A stretch of 53,841 bases of DNA from Candidatus Aenigmatarchaeota archaeon (GTDB lineage: Archaea > Aenigmatarchaeota > Aenigmatarchaeia > CG10238-14 > SCSR01). Location of the stretch: positions 1 to 53,841 of the forward strand of contig JAWADS010000002.1 of the NCBI GenBank assembly GCA_038998625.1, written 5' to 3'. The notes beneath the pieces are model-generated. The model made no database searches and was not told where the DNA came from. It was given only the letters and a program-made list of their open reading frames with translations. Both the position numbers and the translations under genes were made by a program. The first letter of the stretch is position 1. Every line of letters starts with the position of its first letter. Below are positions 46,509 to 53,841 of this stretch, piece after piece.

Positions 46509-48146
46509 TTACAAATTTTCAATTTCTAATTCAAAAGCAGCAACAGGCATTTCTAAGTTCCAGTTTTCCAGGACTTTAGGATGAATTTCTCCAAAAACAC
46601 CCAAAACTCTTTCATTTATAACAATACTACAAACTCTTCCTTTTATAAAACTAGGATGCTCTGTAGGAATTAATTCATAATCTAAATTTAATCCTTTTAA
46701 TAAATGCTCCACACGACTCTTGATATCAGCAAATCCCGCTTGGCTATCAGAAATAGCTGCAGACACTTTTCTTATATTTTTTGTTCTTGTTTCCTCTTTT
46801 TCATCAATAATAACAACATCTCCGATTTCAAAAATGTATTGGGGATAATCTACATGTTTATTGTTGGCCAAAAACTTCAATAAACTAGGTAAAAGAGAAA
46901 TTCTTAAACAAGTATATTCCTCGCTTACTGGATTAAGCAAAGTTACAACTTTCTTTTTTCTTAAGTTCATTTTTTTAAATTGGTCTGAAAAATTTGATAA
47001 GATAGGGCGAATAATTTCTTGAAAACCTAAGCTTATCATCATATTTCTAATTTTGGCGGATAATTTTTCTATGGGATGTGGCTTGCCAACAGTAGCAACA
47101 TTTGGCAGCTCAGGAACTAAATTATTGTAACCGTAGCCAATGGCTATGTCCTCTAAAATATCTACAATATGTAAAATATCAAAACGGTAAGGCGGAATTA
47201 TCACTTCAATTTTTTTACTATTGACTTCTATAGCTCCATAGCCCATTCTTTCTAAAATTTCTTTTATTTCCTTTGGGCTCAAATTCAATCCAATCCATTT
47301 ATTGGTGTAATCAATATCTATTTCTTTAACATCTTCAGCTAAATTTGGTGTAATTTCTGTCTTCTTTTTATAGTTAAGCCTTACTGCTTCAATTGTAGCG
47401 CCCCTTTCGGCGATATTTGTAACAATAATGTTCAAAGTTTGCTTAACAGCTTCTTTATCCATTCCAGTTAATTCTATAAACAAATTTTTTGTTTTTTCTG
47501 TAACTTTAGTTCTATCGGAATTAATAATTGGTGGGAAGCTAAAAATGCCTTTGCCATCAACATAAACAGGCCACAATTTAGCTTTGTTTATTATATAACC
47601 ATATTCCTTTCCTTTAGGAACTTTTTGTAAAATTTCCTTTAGCTCCATTTCTTCTTCAAATTCTAAAGGTACCATCTTTGCATCTTTTTTTACTTGGGTA
47701 TAACTTATAGGAGGAGAAATTTTATCCAAATCATGTAAGCCTATGGCAACTTTTCTTCTTTTTCTTCCAATGGTTTCATGAAGAACTTCTTGTATGTTCA
47801 TTAAACTTTTGATTGTCTCATTAGTAAATTCTACATTTCTAATAATAGCTGCAGCTATATAAGGTCTAATGCGAACATCATCTACTTTTACTGAAAGTTT
47901 GGCTTCATCTACTTTATATTTTTTTAGACCAGGTTGTATGTTGAGATAAGATCTTATAGCCCTACCTAAACCTTCTATTCCAAACAAATCGGGCCTGTCA
48001 GCGGTATGCTCTAAAGTTATTTCTGTTTCAGTAATTTTTTCAACACTTGGCTTAATAGAGTTTATAACATTTTCTAGCTCTTCATCTGATAAATTTCTAC
48101 CTATTAAATTCAACAAATCTTTTTTATCATATGTTATTACGGGCAT
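46509..48146 (-). CDS. pheT: Phenylalanyl-tRNA synthetase beta chain (archaeal type)
   Basis: MPVITYDKKDLLNLIG N-terminus; 545 aa. Starts 4 nt downstream of the pheS stop. Confidence 0.85.
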   Translation of the reverse strand: MPVITYDKKDLLNLIGRNLSDEELENVINSIKPSVEKITETEITLEHTADRPDLFGIEGLGRAIRSYLNIQPGLKKYKVDEAKLSVKVDDVRIRPYIAAAIIRNVEFTNETIKSLMNIQEVLHETIGRKRRKVAIGLHDLDKISPPISYTQVKKDAKMVPLEFEEEMELKEILQKVPKGKEYGYIINKAKLWPVYVDGKGIFSFPPIINSDRTKVTEKTKNLFIELTGMDKEAVKQTLNIIVTNIAERGATIEAVRLNYKKKTEITPNLAEDVKEIDIDYTNKWIGLNLSPKEIKEILERMGYGAIEVNSKKIEVIIPPYRFDILHIVDILEDIAIGYGYNNLVPELPNVATVGKPHPIEKLSAKIRNMMISLGFQEIIRPILSNFSDQFKKMNLRKKKVVTLLNPVSEEYTCLRISLLPSLLKFLANNKHVDYPQYIFEIGDVVIIDEKEETRTKNIRKVSAAISDSQAGFADIKSRVEHLLKGLNLDYELIPTEHPSFIKGRVCSIVINERVLGVFGEIHPKVLENWNLEMPVAAFELEIENL

Positions 48147-48150
48147 TTCC

Positions 48151-49419
48151 TCACCTTACTAATTCTTTTTTCCTTAACCATTGCAAATCATCTGTGTAAA
48201 GATAACGAATATCATTAACTTTTAATTTAATCATAGCAAGTCTACCAATTCCCAAACCCCAAGCTAAAACAGGGACATCAATTCCTAAAGGTAAAGTCAC
48301 TTCAGGCCTAAAGATTCCTGCTCCACCCATCTCCAACCATCCAAAATCTTTCATATATATTTGTAGCTCTGTAGAACCTTCAGTAAAAGGAAAATAACTT
48401 GGTTTAAATCTAACTTTCTCTGCGCCTGCGGCTAATGCTATTTCCTTTAGGTAACCAAGGAGATGTCTAAGGTTAAGACCTTCCCCCACAACTATTCCTT
48501 CACATTGTTCAAATTCTATGAAATGCTTCGCATCAATTACATCTGGCCTAAAAACTCTGTCGATGGTAAACATCTTATAAGGTAAATCTTCTTTTTTTAG
48601 TTTGTACAAAATTCTAGCCGACAGAGCTGTCCCCTGGCTTCTTAGAATCAATTTTTTAGCTAGGGAAAAACTCCAATTTCCCCAACCTTTACTTTGAGTA
48701 ACCCACCCATTTTTATGGGTCTCTTCAACTCTCTTCCAAAGCTCTTTATCTAAAATCTTCCCCACCCTAGGAATTTTTAGAGTAAAGATATCATGAATTC
48801 CTCTAGCCGGATGATCACTAGGCATAAACAAAGCATCGCAGTTCCAGAAATTTAGTTCTACTAAAGGACCTTTTACTTCTTCAAATCCCAAGCCAATCAA
48901 TTTTTCCCTTATTTCATCTATAACCTCCCTATAGGGATGAACCTTCCCAAAGTAGATTTTTCTACCTAAAGCCTTGACGTCATAGGGCTTGAATTTAACT
49001 TTCCTCCATAAACCAGTTCTTATTAACTCTGGAGTCAAATCTGTGATTTCTTTACCCACAACTTCTTCTTTCAATTTTTCATATTCTTCAGAAATTTTTT
49101 CAATAAGCTTTCTTTCCATCAAAACTTTCAAAATATTTTCTGAAACTTCTTCCCCCAATGCAATTTTTTCCAATGCTTCTTGTTCCAAAATTTTTTCAGG
49201 ATAATTTATGAGTTCAATCTCTTCATTTATTTTTTTAATCCACCTTTTTTCTAAGGCCCATTTTAATGCGATGGAAAAATTTTTTATTAATTTACTAGCT
49301 TCTTTTATTGAAATTTTTTTATCTAATTTTTCTTTTAGAATATCAACTAACCTTTTTTCAGGTAGACCTTTTTTGAGATATTCCCTACCCTCTTTAGTTA
49401 GTCTATACTTTTCTTCCAT
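48151..49419 (-). CDS. pheS: Phenylalanyl-tRNA synthetase alpha chain
   Basis: Class II motifs FRPDVIDAKH, GAGIFRPEV, LAWGLGIGRLAM. Confidence 0.88.
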   Translation of the reverse strand: MEEKYRLTKEGREYLKKGLPEKRLVDILKEKLDKKISIKEASKLIKNFSIALKWALEKRWIKKINEEIELINYPEKILEQEALEKIALGEEVSENILKVLMERKLIEKISEEYEKLKEEVVGKEITDLTPELIRTGLWRKVKFKPYDVKALGRKIYFGKVHPYREVIDEIREKLIGLGFEEVKGPLVELNFWNCDALFMPSDHPARGIHDIFTLKIPRVGKILDKELWKRVEETHKNGWVTQSKGWGNWSFSLAKKLILRSQGTALSARILYKLKKEDLPYKMFTIDRVFRPDVIDAKHFIEFEQCEGIVVGEGLNLRHLLGYLKEIALAAGAEKVRFKPSYFPFTEGSTELQIYMKDFGWLEMGGAGIFRPEVTLPLGIDVPVLAWGLGIGRLAMIKLKVNDIRYLYTDDLQWLRKKELVR

Positions 49420-49578
49420 AAAATCATCTTCATATAATTAAATTTGCAGAAAGCAACAGTTAAAAATGCAGAATTAAGCCTCAACTTCCAAATTGGAGTA
49501 GCATCATCATCCTCTCTTTTTTCAATTTACAATTAAATTTTTTCAAATTTTAATTATTTATCTTTTCTGTGTTTTATC

Positions 49579-50284
49579 TTACCGCTTATAATTTAAGGGT
49601 GAAATGGGTTTTTTTGTTAAAGATTGTTTTAACCAAAAGCTTAAATATTTCTTTATAGCCTTTACTCTACCCCACCTTTCCAATCTTCTCACAGAGGTTA
49701 ATACAACAGTATTTTTTATAAAAATAATTTTCCCAAATTTCGAAATCTTATCGGATAAATCAAAATCCTCAAGAAATCTTATTTTTTCATCAAATCCACC
49801 TACTTTATAAAAAACCTCTTTTCTATAAGCGCAACACATTCCTGGTATTTTGGGCCTTCCTATTTTAATAGAAGCCTCAACAAACTGATTTAAAAACCAA
49901 TAGATGAAAATGTCTTCATTTTTTCCACTTAAAGGTAATATAGTACAAGTGGCACCAACAACCTTCTTCTTATTAAAAGCTTTAACTATTTCTTCTATAG
50001 TGTTGTAGCTAACAATCTTGTCTGCATCTAAAAATATTAAAATGTTGCCTTTTGCTACTTTACTTCCTTCATTTCTTCCTGCTGAAACGCCCTTCCTTTT
50101 TACAAAAACAATTTTGTCTGCATATTTTTTTGGCAATATCAATAGTTCTATCTTCACTCAAACTATCAGAAACTATTATCTCATATCCGCCTTTATAGCT
50201 TTGATTCTTCAAGGCTTTTAAAGTATTTTCTATATAAGCCCCTTCATTTAACGTTGGAATTATAACCGATACAAAATTTTTCAT
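49579..50284 (-). pseudogene. Family 2 glycosyltransferase interrupted by a single frameshift in a homopolymer run
   Basis: N-terminal ORF (50069-50284): VSVIIPTLNE...EIIVSDSLSEDRTIDIAKK. C-terminal ORF (49579-50157): ...YADKIVFVKRKGVSAGRNEG...ILIFLDAD. The frames join if the T7 run 50125-50131 (A7 on the coding strand) were 6 nt. Confidence 0.8.
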
Positions 50285-50288
50285 AAAA

Positions 50289-51398
50289 TTATTTCCCTAA
50301 CAAAATCTTTTTAGCTTTTGATAGCATTTTCTTTTTCTTTTTTTGATGATCTTCTAAAAACTTTATGATGATTTCGCTTATTTCCTTTTTCATTTCTCCA
50401 TCCAACAATTTCCCAAACCTGTAATCTTCTCTAATTTTCATTACATAATTGTCATCATCAACAAAATGGTAATAATAAAGCTCATATACCACAGATTTAT
50501 CTGGATCGCCACCAAATTTTCTTTGTTCTTCTATTGTTTTTTGTCCTCCTGTTACGGCCATTTGCACTTTTTTCCTAACTAATTCAGGAGTATCATTTAA
50601 AGTTATCATGCTCATAGGATTTCTTTTACTCATTTTTGTACTTCCATCTAAAGCCCTTGAAAACTTGTGAAATATTGCAGTTGGTGGTAAGAAATTAAAT
50701 TGATCTTTAAATTTGTTTGCAATGTCCCTAGTTAAAAAGATGTGGGGTGCTTGATCAATTCCAACAGGAACCAAAACAATTTTTGGGCCTCCAAATTCTT
50801 CCAATTGAGGCATTAAAATATCCCCAGCTTGAGTAAAGGCAGCAAAGTATAGTCCTAAACTTCTTTCTCCATATAAATTTTTCATATGATTTGTAGTAAT
50901 TTTTCTACTAAAAAGATAAGCTAAATTCGTGACCCTTTTTTCTTCTGATTGCCGATATATATAAGCGTTTTTTGGATCTAAGCCTAAAGCTAACAAGTCT
51001 GCAACATTATCAATAGATATTTTTAAAGATTCTTTCAAAGGAATTCCATTATCGACTAAAGCCTCTAAATCTGCGATGCAATAAAAGACTTTAGCACCAA
51101 AATTTTTTTGAAAATAAATAATCTGTTCGGCCGTCATTTTGCTTCCAAGATGAAATTCACTAGTGGGTTTAATACCACTCATTACAGCAACTTTTTCTTT
51201 TCTTTCCACAGCCTCTAAAAATTTATCAAAATCTATATGGGCAAAACTAATTCCTCTTCTTAAATATCTATTGGGATTTTTTATGCGTTGCAATATCTCT
51301 TTAGTGATTGGTTTTACTCCTAGTTCTCTAAAAATTTTATCATAATCTTTTACAATGCTTTCTCCAAAAGGATTTATTATATTTTCTTTATTTTCCAT
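50289..51398 (-). CDS. trpS: Tryptophanyl-tRNA synthetase (archaeal type)
   Basis: INPFGESIVKDYDKIFRELGVKPI N-terminus, SEFHLGS (HIGH-like), KMSKRNP (KMSKS-like). 369 aa. Confidence 0.75.
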   Translation of the reverse strand: MENKENIINPFGESIVKDYDKIFRELGVKPITKEILQRIKNPNRYLRRGISFAHIDFDKFLEAVERKEKVAVMSGIKPTSEFHLGSKMTAEQIIYFQKNFGAKVFYCIADLEALVDNGIPLKESLKISIDNVADLLALGLDPKNAYIYRQSEEKRVTNLAYLFSRKITTNHMKNLYGERSLGLYFAAFTQAGDILMPQLEEFGGPKIVLVPVGIDQAPHIFLTRDIANKFKDQFNFLPPTAIFHKFSRALDGSTKMSKRNPMSMITLNDTPELVRKKVQMAVTGGQKTIEEQRKFGGDPDKSVVYELYYYHFVDDDNYVMKIREDYRFGKLLDGEMKKEISEIIIKFLEDHQKKKKKMLSKAKKILLGK

Positions 51399-51565
51399 AA
51401 TTCTAACCTCCTAAAATTATGTTTTTTAGAACAAAATTTATAGAAGACAGTAAGGAAGAGAATATTTACAATACGAAATTCCATTGGAACATATCTACCT
51501 TAAATTAAAATTTATAAATAACTATATAAAGCTTAACCAGAACAAAATTTTATTTCAGTGATAAA

Positions 51566-51982
51566 ATGGCAAATTTTAAATTTGTAATATCTGATCCAGA
51601 AACTAGGAAAGCACATCAGTTGGAAATAGATCAAAATAAAGCTTTGAATGTAATTGGTAAAAAAATTGGGGAAGAATTCGATGCTTCTTTTCTCGGATTA
51701 CCAGGCTATTTTCTTAAAATTACAGGCGGCACGGATAAAGATGGATTTCCCATGCATCCTAAAGTAAAAGGACCTGTCAGGAAAAGAATTTTATTGTCCG
51801 GCCCGCCTGGATTTCATCCTAAAATTGAGGGTCAGAAAAGAAGGAAAAGTGTAAGAGGAGATACTATAAACACTGATATTATTCAAATAAATTGTAAAGT
51901 TGTTAAAAAAGGAGAGAAAAGTTTAGAGGAATTGATACCAAGTAAAAAAGGAGGTGAAAAATCTTCTGAAGAAAAAAAATGA
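51566..51982 (+). CDS. rps6e: Ribosomal protein S6e
   Basis: MANFKFVISDPETRKAHQLE...ITGGTDKDGFPM. Confidence 0.9.
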   Translation: MANFKFVISDPETRKAHQLEIDQNKALNVIGKKIGEEFDASFLGLPGYFLKITGGTDKDGFPMHPKVKGPVRKRILLSGPPGFHPKIEGQKRRKSVRGDTINTDIIQINCKVVKKGEKSLEELIPSKKGGEKSSEEKK

Positions 51983-53198
51983 GGTCGGCTTAAGAAGAAT
52001 ACCGGAAGTAAATATTGGTATGGTGGGGCATGTTAGCCACGGCAAAACTACTCTAGTTGATGCATTAACTGGAAAATTAACTTTAACTCATTCTGAAGAA
52101 CTAAAACGTGGTATAACAATTCGTTTAGGATATGCTGATGCAACAATTTATAGGTGTAAAAATTGTGGAAAATACCAAACTAACTCGGATAAATGCCTTT
52201 ATTGTTTTGGTGAAGCTGAAATAATTAGAACAGTTAGTTTCATTGATGTTCCAGGACATGAAACTTTGATGGCGACAGTTTTAACTGGAGCTAGTTTAAT
52301 GGATGGTGCAATTTTAGTTATTGCTGCTAATGAAAAATGCCCCCAGCCTCAAACAAGGGAGCATTTAACTGCCATAGAAGCTGTTGGAATAAAAAATGTA
52401 ATAATTGTTCAAAATAAAATCGATCTTGTTACTAAAGAAAAGGCCATAGAAAATTATAACCAAATAAAAAATTTTATAAAAGATAGCATAATTAAAGATT
52501 CGCCTATAATTCCCATTTCAGCTCAACAAAAAGTTAATATTGATGCAGTAATTGAAGCTATTGAAACCTATATACCTACGCCAAAAAGAGATCCTACAAA
52601 AGACCCTAAAATGTTGGTGGCTAGAAGTTTTGATATAAATAAACCAGGAACTGAAGTAAAAAAATTGAAAGGCGGAGTTTTAGGAGGCTCAATTATAAGT
52701 GGAATTTTTAGGCTGGATGATGAAATAGAGATAAAACCAGGAATAAAGATAGGGGAAAAATATCAGAGCATAAATTCAAAAATAGTTGGCTTGCAAAAAG
52801 CTGGAATAGATTTGGAAGAGGCAGGGCCAGGTGGATTATTGGGAATGATGACTGAGTTAGATCCTTTTTTAACTAAAGCTGATTCCTTAGTTGGTAATAT
52901 GGTGAGCTTGCCGGATAAATTACCCCCAGCTACTTATGATTTAGGTATAGAAGTGAAGCTTTTAGAAAGATTAGTGGGAACAGATGAATTAAGCACTGTT
53001 ACAACAATAAAACCAAGTGAAGTTTTATTAATTAATGCAGGCACTGCGAGGTCTTTAGCTACAGTTAATAATGTGAAAAAAGATTATATAGAAGTGAAAT
53101 TAAAAATTCCCATGGTAATAGAAAAAGGTGAAAGAGTTGTAATTTCAAGGCAAATTGCTGGAAGATGGCGACTAATCGGATATGGAAATGTGATTTAA
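51954..53198 (+). CDS. eif2g: Translation initiation factor aIF2 gamma
   Basis: EVNIGMVGHVSHGKTTLV, DVPGHE, QNKIDL, zinc knuckle CKNCG...CLYC. The only in-frame upstream start is GTG 51954 (29-nt overlap with rps6e). Confidence 0.9.
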   Translation: MKNLLKKKNEVGLRRIPEVNIGMVGHVSHGKTTLVDALTGKLTLTHSEELKRGITIRLGYADATIYRCKNCGKYQTNSDKCLYCFGEAEIIRTVSFIDVPGHETLMATVLTGASLMDGAILVIAANEKCPQPQTREHLTAIEAVGIKNVIIVQNKIDLVTKEKAIENYNQIKNFIKDSIIKDSPIIPISAQQKVNIDAVIEAIETYIPTPKRDPTKDPKMLVARSFDINKPGTEVKKLKGGVLGGSIISGIFRLDDEIEIKPGIKIGEKYQSINSKIVGLQKAGIDLEEAGPGGLLGMMTELDPFLTKADSLVGNMVSLPDKLPPATYDLGIEVKLLERLVGTDELSTVTTIKPSEVLLINAGTARSLATVNNVKKDYIEVKLKIPMVIEKGERVVISRQIAGRWRLIGYGNVI

Positions 53199-53581
53199 CC
53201 GCAAGCTACCCTTTTTTCAACAGCATTAGAAGGCCCTATTATTCTTAAAGTATGGAAAGTTCCTGGGGTTCCGCCTGTTGCAGTATTGCAGTTAGCAGTA
53301 CTAGTAGGGGGAATTGTAGCGGGTGTGCAAGTGAAGGAAGTAACCGTGCCATCAACTCTTAAAGTTATCTCTGTAGCAGAGTTTATGCTGGCAGCAGTGT
53401 CGAAATTCTTTACACTAAAAAAATATGATGAGCTAGTACAGCCAGCGTCTATTACATCAATACTTTTTGCAGTTCTTATTCCAATATATCCAAAAAGATA
53501 ACCAGCTACTATGGAAGTTAAGCCAATAGTAATTATGAGAAGCAATAGGGTAGCTACAACAGCCGATATACCTTTTTTCAT
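53195..53581 (-). CDS. Small archaeal type IV pilin (Pilin_N/DUF1628-like N-terminus)
   Basis: MKKGISAVVATLLLLIITIGLTSIVAGYLFGY, then a Thr/Ser-rich globular part with 4 Cys. 128 aa. Confidence 0.75.
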   Translation of the reverse strand: MKKGISAVVATLLLLIITIGLTSIVAGYLFGYIGIRTAKSIDVIDAGCTSSSYFFSVKNFDTAASINSATEITLRVDGTVTSFTCTPATIPPTSTANCNTATGGTPGTFHTLRIIGPSNAVEKRVACG

Positions 53582-53630
53582 AAATTAAGATTTATTTTTA
53601 GGATATTTAAATATAACTTTTAATGATTTT

Positions 53631-53841
53631 ATGCTTAAAATAATTTTTGACACAAATTTCTTAATCGATTTGTTTAGGTTTAAAATTTTACTTGATGAAA
53701 TAGAAGAAATTTTTAATGAAAAAGTAGAGTTTTTTACGTTGAACAAGGTATTAGAAGAGCTCAAGAGAATGAGTCAATCAAAAGGTAAAAAGGGTAACTA
53801 TGCTAAATTGGCTTTAATTCTTTTAAAGGAAAAAAATGTAA
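53631..53841 (+). CDS. PIN-domain protein (Fcf1/COG1412-like), 5' part; continues beyond the window end
   Basis: MLKIIFDTNFLIDLFRFKILLDEIEEIF...TLNKVLEELKRM. Open at the window end; not in the ORF track. Confidence 0.55.
   Translation, partial: MLKIIFDTNFLIDLFRFKILLDEIEEIFNEKVEFFTLNKVLEELKRMSQSKGKKGNYAKLALILLKEKNV

Noticed and set aside
49579-50284. Treating 50069..50284 and 49579..50157 as two separate genes
   Set aside because: The two ORFs are the N- and C-terminal halves of one GT2 fold and join exactly at a homopolymer run.
51954-51982. Possible frameshift or mis-start at the rps6e/aIF2-gamma junction (out-of-frame ATG at 51979)
   Set aside because: That ATG opens a 4-codon frame only. 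GTG 51954 gives an aIF2-gamma N-terminus of normal length, so an overlapping GTG start is the simpler explanation.
1-53841. Search for rRNA, CRISPR arrays, integrases or recombinases, reverse transcriptases, restriction-modification or other defence modules
   Set aside because: None seen. The only GC-rich islands are the three tRNAs and the two element copies, and no regularly spaced repeats occur.

Overview
Gene-dense, visibly AT-rich archaeal chromosome segment (GC not computed). It carries hallmark archaeal housekeeping genes: thermosome, proteasome beta, aCPSF1 (KH + beta-CASP RNase), aIF5B, aIF2-gamma, S6e, MBF1, Mre11-Rad50 and class I LysRS. Nine aminoacyl-tRNA synthetase genes (lysK partial, proS, hisS, ileS, alaS, leuS, pheS, pheT, trpS) and three tRNA genes lie in the 54 kb. 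Envelope content: a 7-gene, translationally coupled Epd/Tad-like type IV pilus operon (5164-11854: secretion ATPase, two half-size FlaJ/TadB/C-like membrane proteins, four proteins with class III pilin-type signal peptides), an unlinked small pilin gene (53195-53581), and an 810-aa surface protein studded with N-x-S/T sequons. Five things are not explained by ordinary annotation. (i) A GC-rich structured element occurs twice in inverted orientation (11871-11986 and 26395-26483), bracketing about 14.4 kb. (ii) Two tRNA genes carry multiple insertions, both with a related 12-nt insert at the same D-loop position; one reads as tRNA-Ile(UAU). (iii) A decayed TnpB (IS200/IS605-type) relic is bounded by a perfect 13-bp inverted repeat. 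(iv) A glycosyltransferase is split by a homopolymer frameshift. (v) The alaS tail is duplicated and frame-shifted. I saw no rRNA, CRISPR array, integrase or recognisable defence system, and I cannot point to a clearly novel multi-gene protein system; the GC-rich element and the tRNA insertions are the best candidates for something undescribed. The compact style fits a reduced-genome (DPANN-like) archaeon, but that is inference only. All calls rest on reading translations and sequence by eye; no database search or folding program was run.
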